Below the pieces are notes generated by a model. It saw only the letters and a program-made list of their open reading frames with translations, did not search any database and was not told where the DNA came from. A program made the translations under genes and the position numbers. Below are positions 35,717-48,839 of a DNA stretch of 64,000 nucleotides, in pieces. Position 1 is the stretch's first letter. Every line of letters starts with the position of its first letter. The stretch is from positions 15,128,001-15,192,000 of the forward strand of contig NC_135826.1 in the NCBI RefSeq assembly GCF_964213995.1, given 5' to 3'. Source of the stretch: Mustelus asterias. Taxonomy: Eukaryota.

Positions 35717-35755
35717 GATAACTGTATGGACTGAACCCTAAAACATCACACTGTG
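35717..35755 (-). other. 23-RSS of J2
   Basis: GATAACTGT-23 bp-CACTGTG (35749-35755). Confidence 0.8.
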
Positions 35756-35792
35756 TGGGTGTTCGGCCAAGGGACCAAACTCTTTGTCGCAG
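35756..35792 (+). CDS. IgL J segment J2 (WVFGQGTKLFVA)
   Basis: FGxG motif; GTAAGT donor at 35793. Confidence 0.95.
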
Positions 35793-35882
35793 GTAAGTGG
35801 CTGGAAATCTCCTTGAAACTAGCTGTGTGAGTTTAGAAAATTAGAAATTAGTTACTAATTCAAACTCAGTTATTTCTTAGTA

Positions 35883-36145
35883 CTGTGTGGAGTTTGCACA
35901 TTCTCCTCGTGTCTGCGTGGGTTTCCTCCGGGTGCTCCGGTTTCCTCCCACAGTCCAAAGATGTGCGGGTTAGGTTGATTGGCCATGCTAAAAATTGCCC
36001 TTAGTGTCCTGAGATGTGTAGATTAGAGGGATTAGTGGGTAAATATGTAGGGATATGGGGGTAGGGTCTGGGTGGGATTGTGGTCGGTGCAGACTCGATG
36101 GGCCGAATGGCCTCTTTCTGTACTGTAGGGTTTCTATGATTCTAT
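35883..36145 (+). mobile_element. V-SINE in the J2-C2 intron
   Basis: V core plus CR1-like tail. Confidence 0.85.
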
Positions 36146-39016
36146 GAGTAACTACTTTTTAAATGTCAATTTTACAATGAAAGTGCTGATTACATGTTTA
36201 CACTCCAGCACCAGTTCAGTTAATTATTGCTGTGTTTCTCAATATTGCTCCTGGATGTCTCAATTTGTGCTGCCTCTGACAGTGGTGTTTCTACATATTA
36301 CTACTATTTTTAATTAATCAGTGAACTAATTTTACAATACCTTTCCAATATTTCCAATGAAAACTGATCTTTTCTAACAATTGGTGCATAGATTTTTTGA
36401 TCCATTTCTGGTTCCGTTTTTCCTCAAACCTTATTGCAGGGCAGACCTGGAGAAAGAGAGAAATTCTGTTTCTCCCTCATTGTTGGGCTATTTTGTTCAA
36501 CAGTTGTGGAATCTTCTTACTATTGGGTGCACTGGAATGACTTGCATCTAAAAAAATAATTCATTTGTGTAACCCCTTTAACATTATTTTAAAGGACTGT
36601 TATTGATATGCCACTAAACACAGCAGCCAATTATTACTCAGAAGTACTTTTTGGTAGTATTGTTTTAAAGATTATTGACCAGCACACTAGGCTCTATCAC
36701 ATCCACCTGAAGTCCATAAGACATAGGAGTCATTTCAGAAAATCTTTTTCCAGGGATAAAAAGACTACTACTGTGTTCACTTAGCATTCACTGATGTGTT
36801 AATCTTGACCTAGTTCCAGATTCCATGTTTCCATAGTCCACTCTCATTCCTGACTTCTTTTTCTAGTATGTCCATGACCGTCTATGTGTGTTGCTTCCCA
36901 CTCCACTGATGAACTTAAACATTTAATCAACTTTGCTTTCAGTTTCCGCCTTTCCCTCATCCATAGTGGACTCTTCCATTCTTTACTTGATTTCTCTGAC
37001 TCCATTTTTGAATATCAGCTATCAATCCTTATCCACCATAAACCGACTGTCTCTCACAGCCACCTTGCCCACACTTCTTGCAACCCCATTTCTTATAAGG
37101 ACTCCATGCCAATCTTCCAGGTTCTCCTGACCAAAAAAGTCATTTCATATTCAAAACACTAACACTGTTCCTCTCTTCACAGGTGCTGCCAGACTTGCTG
37201 AGTTTTCCCAGTACTTTCTGTTTTTGTTCCAGTTTCTTTGTCTCTTTTTTAACTGTTATGACGATACCACCCTCTGTAGCAGTGTTTGTATTTTTTCCTT
37301 AATCAAGGATTCTGCTCCCCAACAACTTATGCAGTCCCTCGAATGTAATAAACACACCCAGGCACTTGACAGGAGTATTATAAAACAAAATATGACACAA
37401 AGCCACATAAAGAGATTTTGAGTCATTTGACCAAGCCATTTTGAGGAGTGTCTTAAAAGAGGAAAGTGAGATGCAGAGGATTAGGGAGAGAACTGCAGAA
37501 TTTAGGATCTTGGAAAGTGAAGGGGCATCCATCAATTATGCAGCAATTTCAAAGTGAGCATTTTCAACGTCCAAGACAAGGCCAGTATTTGTTGTTCATC
37601 TCTAATTGCCCCTGAGAAGCCACCTTCTGGAACCATTGAAGTCCATAAGTTGTAGGTATTTCACTGCCCCCCCACCACTGTGAATGTTTATAGAATGGTT
37701 GCATTCTGGTTAATTCCAAACACTTTCAAACTAGGCAGTTGATCTTTTTCTCAAATCAGGGAAAGACAAAAGGACATTTGAAGTTTAAACAGACTGTCAT
37801 TTCCTCAATAGTTGCTTCCGCCTGCAGCCAATCCCACCTTCCTGCACTGTTTGAGAGACCTTCGACCCCTCTGGCACCGTCACATTCAACTCTCCAGACT
37901 CTGAAGCACAGTGTCCTATTAAACTCCACACACTCTGTCACCCTGTCTCCCATTCGCAGCCTCCCTGTTCATGCTGGAATTTTCCTTCCAACTCCCATCG
38001 AAAGAGGCTCCATTCTTCAATTCCTCTCTCTTTCCCTTTCCTTCATTCTCATCCATTGGCCTCATTGCTGCTCCTATGAGTCTTGTTATTGTGATTCTAT
38101 TGGTTGCACATCCTGAGCCTGAAGCTCAGGTTTTGTGGTGAATTCACCGCAATGGTGATTCTCTCTGTAACCGGACACGGTTAGGAGTGACACTGTGGTG
38201 AAAGGGTTTGCTGGCTTTGTGCTCCATGTTTGTCTTTGAGTGTTACTATCCAGACGTCGTCCTTCACCGCTGGCTCAGTGTGGGCTGCCCCAGTTGTCAT
38301 ATTGACACTGAGCCTGTGGCATCATGTACATCTCTGTGCATCATTCAGCACTTGACAGTTTTTCTTTCTTTTAGAAAACACTTTGCAATTTCCTATTTCT
38401 AACTTTGTGCAGTTAGATATTGAGAATCGTCCCTCCCATTCCCTCAGGCTCATGTCTAGGGAATTGTGAGCCCTCTTATCTCTTTCCAATTGACCGTTCA
38501 TCCCTGAGTCGACTCCTGTCCTCCCCTCACACCTACAACTGACCCTTTCAGTCGGGCAGGATGAGAGCATCCAAAACGGTCATTGGGTATCAGGTAGGAA
38601 AGAGGCTCTTAGTTTTTTTGACCCCTCCCAACACAGGCTAAATGTATGTGCAGTGGAACATCATGACAGGCCACTGACCAACCCTGGGATGGAGAATGAA
38701 ATGTCCCTGCTACAGTCACCCGAGGTTAACAACTCCACACAGACTGGGAATAGTATCTGGGGTCTGGAGGTGAAGATCCCACAGTGAGTGATGCTCTAAT
38801 CCACAGAGTCAGCAGGAGGATCCTAAACAATAACTTTTACATCAAAATTAGTACTTTCTTTTTAACACAATGTGAACCTAAACAATCATCCAATAAACTT
38901 CTGGGGCCTATTATAGGAAGCGGCAACATTTCAAACCTGCTTCAATTAAACTCTGAAATGATCCCAAGTTTTTGTCCAACTTTATACAAACTTGTGTTCT
39001 CTGGTTCTGATTACAG

Positions 39017-39339
39017 CTCAGCAACTCCCTGACCCTTCAGTGAAACTGCTGGGACCTTCAGCCGATGAGTTGTCCACGAAAGGAGCCGGCACGTTAGTTT
39101 GCCTGGTCAGCAAACTGTCCATGGGCTTTGCTGCGGTCAGCTGGACAGTCGATGGGAGTCCGACGAGCAGTGATGTCCAAACCAGCGTGGCGTCGCGGAA
39201 CTCAGACAACACCTTCAGTCTCAGCAGCTACCTGACAGTCCCTGACAAAGATTGGAGCAGTGGGAAGGTATACTCCTGTTCAGTTCAACAAGGAGCAGCT
39301 TCAAAAACAACCGCAACCGCCTCACAATCCAACTGTTAA
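39017..39339 (+). CDS. IgL constant exon C2 (intact)
   Basis: TTACAG acceptor in phase with J2; differs from C1 by 2 aa; AATAAA 39697-39702. Confidence 0.96.
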
Positions 39340-40270
39340 ATAGATGGAAGTTTCATTGTGTCAGCTGCCTGAGTAATTAGAATCACTTTATCTTCCTCCA
39401 CCATTATCCACCCTCTACCCTGGTACCTGCTGCATTTCATGTTTCCCTTTGCTTTACCTGATTCTGCTGTATCATTTGAGTTGTTTGTATCTGAGGCTGG
39501 TTTTGTTCAGTCTCTCCCATTGCAAGAGGCTTCACCAGGGTTAAAGTGACCAGTTACTTAGCTCCAATCAGGAATTTGAGTTGAAAATGGGTTCTTTCCT
39601 CAGCAACAGAGCTGGATTAATGACGATGATTGATGAAGGCAGTTTATTATGTCAACAGCATCAAACTGACAATGGCTGTCACTGAGAATATCTTCCAATA
39701 AAGAGAATCCTGTGCAAAAAATATTTGTGTTCTGTCAACTTGTGTTCTCCTTCCCATCCCTAACCCCAACAAATGGTCTAAGTGTGAGGAGACCAAGGCT
39801 CCGGGTTCTGTTTCCATCTATTCAAGTGTTGTGGCAAGTGGGGGAATAGATCAGAATCTTCTAACAATTATTGGGTGTGAAATTTGTGTTAGGTTTCTTC
39901 AGGGTTGCCATTGAAACAGAAAGTAACTAGTAAACCAAACAACTATGGACTGTCTTATGAAGAACCATAATGATAAGCTTCCAGAGGCCACAGTAGTGGA
40001 AAAATTAACACTTTCCTTGAGATTTGAACTCATTAAGGAGAGCCAACATGGTATCATTAAAGCCAAGGTTTGTCTGGCAAAGGTAAATTGAATGCTTTAA
40101 GGAGGAATTGTTTGATGAAGAAAATGCAGAAAAGTCCCTATATGGAGTTTCAAAAAGGAGTAACATAAAGGAACTTGCTAATAAAACTAGTGACTGTGAC
40201 AATACTGAAAGGACAGAATACCCTTGGTTAATGGGTGTTCATTAGCTTGGAGGGAGATGTATAGTAATGT

Positions 40271-40415
40271 CCAACCCTGGGATGGAGAATGAAATGTCCC
40301 TGCTACAGTCACCCGAGGTCAACAACTCCACACAGACTGGGAATAGTATCTGGGGTCTGGAGGTGAAGGTCCCACAGTGAGTGATGCTCTAATCCACAGA
40401 GTCAGCAGGAGGATC
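40271..40415 (+). repeat. 145-bp copy of J2-C2 intron segment 38678-38822
   Basis: Direct repeat with 2 substitutions, embedded in a decayed CR1 remnant. Confidence 0.92.
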
Positions 40416-41949
40416 AGTGTTGGCTCCATTACTTTTGGTAAATATTAATGATCTGTATTAACACTGGGATTATAATCTCAATTTCTGGTTGGCACAATTG
40501 AAGAGTGTGGCTAACTATGAAGAGACCTGTGTGCAACTTCAGAAGGATATAGACTGGTTAGAAGATCAAGCAGTTAGATTCAGTCCCTCAAGTCTGTTTT
40601 ATTGTTCTATTTGATCCTTGGTGATTTGTACCACAACTTCCTTTACATGTGTTTAATTCATACCCGAGGATGCCTTTCCCTAATGAAACAAAATGACAAT
40701 CTCCAATTTTCCCCTGGCACCCGCAGATATTTGGGAGAATGAATTTCAGATTTCCATTACATTTTGTGTGGAAAAGTGCTTCCTGACTTTTCTCCCGAAC
40801 AGCGTAACTCTTAATTTTAAAATAATGCCCCCCTCTTCTGGATTTCCGCCACTAGAGAAAATAACTTTTCTAACCCAACCATCCCTTTAACTTTGCAATC
40901 TTTGCAGTTATATATTTGCGTCCTACATCATCTAATCAATTGCTACCAGCCTCAATCAACAGTTCTCTACCAATCAGAATAAACTGAAGGTTTCTTAAAA
41001 CTGCCATTCATCAGAGTAGCTACATAACCCAAACTGTTACACACAGAATGTAATACAATATAAACTAAATTTATAGTTTAGAAATTAATGTTTATAGTTA
41101 AACATTAATTAAATGTTTAATTTAAACATTAAAAATATTTAATGTATAAATGAAAACATTTAAATGTTTTTTAAATGACATTAAAAAATGTCATTAAATG
41201 TTTGAATTGCAATTGAAGGTAATTGTTTAACTGGCTAAGTCACAGGTAAGATATACAGCTCTTTGTTTTTTTTACATAACTTGATGTGTTTGATTTATCT
41301 CCCTCCTGCGATAACCTCAACATTTATCTTGCACTCCACTGCCTCCAGTTTATTCCTCAAGATCCATAGCCATTTTTTCAAATGCTTTCTATTTCCATCA
41401 GTGTCCCCTACAACCAAATTTCTGATGCACTGGTAGCTTTGCTCTGAAGCCACTTCCTGGGAGTGCTCAATAGAATTCTGGGATAACTCTCCACTTTCTC
41501 TCTAAAACACTCAGGATCGCAGCCCCATGTTCCAATTCTAGATAGTGAAAGTGTTTTGATTATTGCTCACAGAGTGAATCTGTCACCGTGTTCCTGCAGA
41601 GATCAGAGGGATGTGTGGGGAGGATGCTGTCCATGACATGTCCTTCAAGCCGGACTCCTTGATATTGGCATTTTATCTGTGGGTATAATATTACCTATAA
41701 ACTTCCCAGCAGACCTATTTGGTGAGCCTCTCTCCTCAAACATAGTAAAGCTTGCTGAACATTGATAGCAGCCACTCCCTCACTGTCCCTCCCCACCCTG
41801 AACCCTCTCCCTCAATGCCTCTCCTCACCATGAAGTCTCTCCCTCACTCTCCCTCCCTGCTCTGTAGCTGCTCTCTCACTGCCTCTCCCTCCCCTGTACC
41901 CATCTCTTCCCGTTCTTTCACCCCCTTTTTAAAATGTGTGTTTTACAGG

Positions 41950-44900
41950 GTGTGGCTGTCATTTATTGACCATCGCTTGAGAAGGCAGTGGTGAACCATC
42001 TTCCTGAACTGTTGCAGTCCATGTGGTATAGGTACACCCATAGTGCTGCTAGGGAGGGAATTTCAGGGTTTGACCCAGTGACAGTGAAGGAACGGTGATA
42101 TAGATCAAAGTCAGGATGGTGTGATCTTGGAAGGGAACTTGCAGGTCATGGCGTTCCCATGTGTTTGCTGCCCTTGTCCTACTAGGTAGTAGCGGTCATA
42201 TGTTTTGGAAGGTGCTGTTGAAGGAGCCTTGGTGGGTGCTGCAGTGCATCTTGTCGATTGTACACACTGTTACTAATGTGCCAGTAGTAGAGGGAGTATT
42301 ACATAGAACATAGAACAGTACAGCACAGAACAGGCCCTTCGGCCCACGATGTTGTGCCGAGCTTTATCTGAAACCAAGATCAAGCTATCCCACTCCCGAT
42401 CATCCTGGTGTGCTCCATGTGCCTATCCAATAACCGCTTAAATGTTCCTAAAGTGTCTGACTCCACTATCACTGCAGGCAGTCCATTCCACACCCCAACC
42501 ACTCTCTGCGTAAAGACCCTACCTCTGATATCCTTCCTGTACCTCCCACCACGAACCCTATAGTTATGCCCCCTTGTAATAGCTCCATCCACCCGAGGAA
42601 ATAGTCTTTGAACGTTCACTCTATCTATCCCCTTCATCATTTTATACACCTCTATTAAGTCTCCCCTCAGCCTCCTCCGCTCCAGAGAGAACAGCCCTAG
42701 CTCCCTCAACCTTTCCTCATAAGACCTACCCTCCAAACCAGGCAGCATCCTGGTAAATCTCCTCTGCACTCTTTCCAGCGCTTCCACATCCTTCCTATAG
42801 TGAGGTGACCAGAACTGCACACAATACTCCAAATGTGGTCTCACCAAGGTCCTGTACAGTTGCAGCATAACCCCAAGGCTCTTAAACTCCAACCCCCTGT
42901 TAATAAAAGCTAACACACTATAGGCCTTCTTCACAGCTCTATCCACTTGAGTGGCAACCTTTAGAGATCTGTGGATATGAACCCCAAGATCTCTCTGTTC
43001 CTCCACAGTCTTCAGAACCCTACCTTTGACCCTGTAATCCACATTTAAATTAGTCCTACCAAAATGAATCACCTCACATTTATCAGGGTTAAACTCCATT
43101 TGCCATTTTTCAGCCCAGCTTTGCATCCTATCTATGTCTCTTTGCAGCCTACAACAGCCCTCCACCTCATCCACTACTCCACCAATCTTGGTGTCATCAG
43201 CAAATTTACTGATCCACCCTTCAGCCCCCTCCTCTAAGTCATTAATAAAAATCACAAAGAACAGAGGACCAAGCACTGATCCCTGTGGAACTCCGCTAGC
43301 AACCTGCCTCCAATCCGAAAATTTTCTATCCACCACCACCACTCTGTCTTCGATCAGACAGCCAGTTACTTATCCAATCGGCCAACTTTCCCTCTATCCC
43401 ACACCTCCTCACTTTCATCATAAGCCGACCATGGGGGACCTTATCAAACACCTTACTAAAATCCATGTATATGACATCAACTGCCCTACCTTCATCAACA
43501 CACTTAGTTACCTCCTCAAAAAATTCTATCAAATTTGTGAGGCACGACTTGCCCTTCACGAATCCGTGCTGACTATCCCGGATTAATCCGCATCTTTCTA
43601 AATGGTCGTAAATCCCATCCCTAAGGACCTTTTCCATCAATTTACCAACCACCGAAGTAAGACTAACCGGTCTATAATTACCAGGGTCATTTCTATTCCC
43701 TTTCTTAAACAGAGGAACAACATTCGCCATTCTCCAGTCCTCTGGCACCATCCCCGTGGACAGCGAGGACCCAAAGATCAAAGCCAAAGGCTCTGCAATC
43801 TCATCCCTTGCCTCCCAAAGAATCCTAGGATACATTTCATCAGGCCCAGGGGACTTATCGACCTTCAGTTTATTCAAAACTGCCAGGACATCCTCCCTCC
43901 GAACATCTATTTCCTCCAGCCTATTAGCCTGTAACACCTTCTCTTCCTCAAAAACATGGCCCCTCTCCTTGGTGAACACTGAAGAAAAGTATTCATTCAT
44001 CACCTCGCCAATCTCTACTGACTCCATACACAAGTTCCCACTACTGTCCTTGACCGGCCCTAACCTCACCCTGGTCATTCTTTTATTCCTCACATAAGAG
44101 TAAAAAGCCTTGGGGTTTTCCTTGATCCGACCCGCCAAGGACTTCTCATGTCCCCTCCTAGCTCTCCTAAGCCCCTTTTTCAGCTCATTCCTTGCTAACT
44201 TGTAACCCTCAATTGAGCCATCTGAACCTTATTTCCTCATCCCTACATAAGCTTCCCTCTTCCTTTTCACAAGACATTCCACCTCTTTCGTGAACCATGG
44301 TTCCCTCACTCGGCCATTTCCTCCCTGCCTGACAGGGACATACCTATTAAGGACACCCAGTATTTGTTCCTTGAAAAAGTTCCACTTTTCATTAGTTCCT
44401 TTCCCTGACAGTTTCTGTTCCCAACTTATGCCCCCTAATTCTTGCCTAATCGCATCATAATTACCTCTCCCCCAATTGTAAACCTTGCCCTGCCGTACGG
44501 CCCTATCCCTCTCCATTGCAATAACAAAAGACACCGAATTGTGGTCACTATCTCCAAAGTGCTCTCCCACAACCAAATCTAACACTTGGCCCGGTTCATT
44601 TCCCATTACCAAATCCAATGTGGCCTCACCTCTTGTCGGCCTATCCACATATTGTGTCAGGAAACCCTCCTGCACACTCTGCACAAAAACTGCCCCATCC
44701 GAACTATTTGACCTACAAAGGTTCCAATCAATATTTGGTTGGAGTATTGAAGGTGTTGGATGTGGTGCCAATCAAGTGGACTGCTTTACTCTGGATGGTG
44801 TTGAGCTTCTTGAGTGTTGTTGGAGCTGCACTCAACCAGGCAAGGAGAGAATATTCAAATACATTCCTGACTTGTGTCTTTCAGATGTTGGACAGGCTTC

Positions 44901-46150
44901 GGGGAGTCAGGAGGTGAGTTACTTGCTGCCAGAATTTCCAACCTCTGATGTGCTCTTGAAGTCACGGTATTTAGGTGGTTGATCCAGTTCAGTTTCTGGT
45001 CAATGGTTAATTCAAGGGTGCTGATAGTGGGAGAATCAGCAATGGTAATGCCATTGAATGTCAAGGGGAGATGGTCAGAATCTGTCTTGTTCCAGATGGT
45101 CATTGTCTGGCACTTGTGTGGCACAAGTGTTACTGTTACTTATCAGCTTAAGCTTAGATATTGCCCATGTCTTGTTGCATAAACACATAAACTTCTAATC
45201 TAAGGAGTCACAAGTGGTGCTGAACATTGTGCAGTCATCAGCAAACATAAGCACTTCTGCCTTACGATGGGGGAAAGGTCATTGATGAAACAGGTGAAGA
45301 TGGTTGGGCCTAGGACACTACTCTGAGGAACTCCTGCAGTGATGTCCTGAAACTGAGACAATTGGCCTCCAATCCCCACAACCATCTTCCTTTGTGCTAA
45401 GTGTGACTCTAACCAGTGGAGAGTTTTCCCCTTATTCCCATTGACTCCAGTTTAGCTTGGGCTTCTTGATTCCACACACAATCAAATGCTCCCTCTATGA
45501 CAAAGGCAGTCACTCTCACCTCACCTCTTGATATCAGTTCTATTGTCCATGTTTAGGTCAAGACTGCAATGAGGTCTGGAGCTGAATGACCTTAGCGGAA
45601 CCCAAACTGAGAGTCAGTGAGCAGGCTATTGCTAAGTGCTGCTTGTTAGCATTGTTGACAACCCCTTCCATCACTTTAGTGATGATTGAGAATAGATTGA
45701 TGGGGTGGAAATTGGCCAGGTTGGATTTGTCCTGCTTCTTGTGGACAGGACATACCTGGGAAATTTTCCACATTGAAGGGTGGATGCCAGTGTTGTAGTT
45801 GTACTGGAAAAACTTGGCTAGGAGTGCAGTAGTTTCTTGTCTACAAATCTTCAGTACTATTGTGGAATATTCTCAGGCCAGTTTTGCAGTAACTGGTACC
45901 TTCAGCTGTTTCTTCATATCATGTGGAGTAAATTGAATTAGTTGAAGACTGACATCTGGATTCTGGAGACCTACAGAGGAGGCCAATATGGATCATCCAC
46001 TTGGCAGCTTTGGCTGAAGGTGGTTGCAATGCTTCAGCCTTGTCTTTTGTGCTGAAGTGCTGGGGCTCCCCTATCGTTGACAATAGGGAATATTTGTGGA
46101 GCTCCCTTCTCTGGGTAGTAGTTTAATTGTCCACTACCATTCATGACTGG
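41950..46150 (-). mobile_element. Older CR1-clade LINE interrupted by a young CR1 (42301-44740)
   Basis: Minus-strand fragments WKISQVCPVHKKQDKSN and GVPQSSVLGPTIFTCFINDL; TSD GGAGTATT at 42293-42300 and 44741-44748. Confidence 0.8.
42301..44740 (-). mobile_element. Young CR1 LINE, 5'-truncated, frameshifted near 43335
   Basis: ORFs 42380-43342, 43326-44138 and 44229-44771 match the 24-kb copy; 8-bp TSD. Confidence 0.95.
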
Positions 46151-46154
46151 ACTT

Positions 46155-48560
46155 TGCAAATATTGACTGGAAAAGCTATAGTTCGAGTACTTTAGATGGG
46201 TCAGTTTTTGTCCAATGTGTGCAGGAGGGTTTCCTGACACAGTATGTAGATAGGCCAACAAGAGGCGAGGCCACATTGGATTTGGTACTGGGTAATGAAC
46301 CAGACCAGGTGTTAGATTTGGAGGTAGGGGAGCACTTTGGTGATAGTGACCACAATTCGGTTACGTTTACTTTAGCGATGGAAAGGAATAGGCATATACC
46401 GAAGGACAAGAGTTATAGCTGGGGGAAAGGATTAAGCGAGATTTAGGATGCATAGGTTGGGGAAGGAAACTGCAGGGGATGGGCACAATTGAAATGTAGA
46501 GCTTGTTCAAGGAACAGCTACTGCGTGTCCTTGATAAGTATGTACCTGTCAGGCAGGGAGGAAGTGGTCAAGTGAGGGAACTGTGGTTTACTAAAGAAGT
46601 TGAATCTCTTGTGAAGAGGAAGAAGGAGACTTATGTAAAGATGAGACGTGAAGGCTCAGTTAGGGCGCTTGAGAGTTACAAGTTAACCAGGAAGGACCTA
46701 AAGAGAGAGTTAAGAAGAGCCAGGAGGGGACATGAGAAGTCTTTGGCAGGTAGAATCAAGGAAAACCCTAAAGCCTTCTATAGGTATGTCAGGAATAAAA
46801 GAATGACTAAGATAAGATTAGGGCCAGTCAAGGACAGTTGTGGGAAGTTGTGTGTGGAGCCTGAAGAGATAGAAGAGGCGCTAAATGAATATTTTTCGTC
46901 AGTATTCATGCAGAAAAAAGACAATGTTGTTGAGGAGAATACTGAGATACAGGCTATTGGACTAGACGGGATTGAGGTTAATAAGGAGGAGGTGTTAGCA
47001 ATTCTGGAAAGTGTGAAAATAGATAAATCCCCTGGGCCAGATGGGATTTATCCCAGGATTCTCTGGGAGGCTAGGGAGGAGATTGCAGAGCCTTTGGCTT
47101 TGATCTTTATGTCGTCATTGTCTACAGGAATAGTGCCAGAAGACTGGAGGATTGCAAATGTTGTCCCCTTGTTCAAGAAGGGGAGTAGAGACAACCCTGG
47201 TAATTATAGACCAGTGAGCCTTACTTCTGTCGTGGGCAAAGTTTTGGAAAGGATTATAAGAGATGGGATTTATAATCATCTAGAAAGGAATAATTTGATT
47301 AGGGATAGTCAACACAGTTTTGTGAAGGGTAGATTGTGCCTCACAAAGCTTATTGAGTTCTTTGAGAAGGTGACCAAAGAGGTGGATGAGGGTAAAGCAG
47401 TTGATGTGGTGTATATGGATTTCAGTAAAGCGTTTGATAAGGTTCCCCACGGTAAGCATTTGCAGAAGATATGGAGGCATGGGATTGAGGGTGATTTAGT
47501 GGTTTGGATAAGGAATTGGCTAGCTGTAAGAAGACAGAGAATGGTGGTTGATGGGAAATGTTCATCCTGGAGTTCAGTTACTAGTGGTGCACCGCAAGGA
47601 TCTGTTTTGGGGCCACTGCTGTTTGTCATTTTTATGAGGGCATAGAAGGATGGATTAGTAAATTTGCAGATGACACTAAAGTCAGTGGAGTTGTGGACAG
47701 TGCGGAAGGTTGTTGCAGGTTACAGAGGGACATAGATAAACTGCAGTACTGGGCTGAGAGGTGGCAAATGGAGTTCAATGCGGAAAAGTGTGAGGTGATT
47801 CACTTTGGAAGGAGTAACAGGATTACAGAGTACTGGGCTAATGGTAAGATACTTGGTAGTGTGGGTGAACAGAGAGATCTTGGTGTCCATGTGCATAGAT
47901 CCCTGAAAGTTGGCACCCAGGTTGATAGGGTTGTTAAGAAGGTGTACGGAGTGTTAGCTTTTATTGGTAGAGGGATTGAGTTTCGGAGCCATGAGGTCAT
48001 GTTGCAGCTGTACAAAACTCTGGTGCGGCCGCACTTGGAGTATTGTGTACAGTTCTGGTCACCGCATTCTAGGAAGGATGTGGAAGCATTGGAAAGGGTG
48101 CAGAGGAGATTTACTAGAATGTTGCCTGGTATGGTGGGAAGGTCTTATGAGGAAAGGCTGAGGGACTTGGGGTTGTTTTCGTTAGAGAAAAGAAGGTTAA
48201 GAGTTGACTTAATATAGGCATACAAGATGATCAGAGGATTAGATAGGGTGGATAGTGAGAGCCTTTTTCCTCGGATGGTGATAGCTAGCATGAGGGGACA
48301 TAGCTTTAAATTGAGGGGTGGTAGATATAGGACAGATGTCAGAGGTAGGTTCTTCACTCAGAGAGTAGTAAGGGCGTGGAATGCCCTGCCTGCAGCAGTA
48401 GTGGACTCACCAACATAAAGGGCATTTAAATGGTCATTGGATAAACATATGGATGATATTGGAATAGTGTAGGTTAGATGGGCTTTAGATTGGTTTCACT
48501 GGTCGGCACAACATCGAGGGCCGAAGAGCCTGTACTGCGCTGTAATGTTCTATGTTCTAT
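46155..48560 (+). mobile_element. CR1 LINE, second subfamily, disrupted ORF2
   Basis: ORFs 46219-46446, 46503-47645 and 47693-48217; (ATGTTCT)n tail. Confidence 0.92.
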
Positions 48561-48839
48561 GGATCAGACCGTCAGGAAACAAGCCAAAATATTCTAACTG
48601 CATCACTATTGTGGATTTCTCTTCCACAAGCTGTTCAACTACAGGTGGCATCTCCACCATATGATCTTCTCCACCTTCTAATGACTTTAACTGCCAAATT
48701 TTAAGCTAGAATCCTCTGTCACTTTATTTTCTTTGCTCCTTTTCTAGCTTCGCTATTTCCAATTCTCTTTACTTTTTTTTCTCTCTTGCCTTTCTGCCTG
48801 TTCATGCTCACTCTTTTTTTCTCCATTTCTTGCTTTCTC

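Noticed and set aside
35053-35792. Germline-joined VJ as in shark lambda genes
   Set aside because: V and J are separate and carry RSSs in clusters 1 and 2.
41040-41230. AT-rich AAACATT/AATGTTT stretch
   Set aside because: Simple low-complexity sequence with no supportable function.
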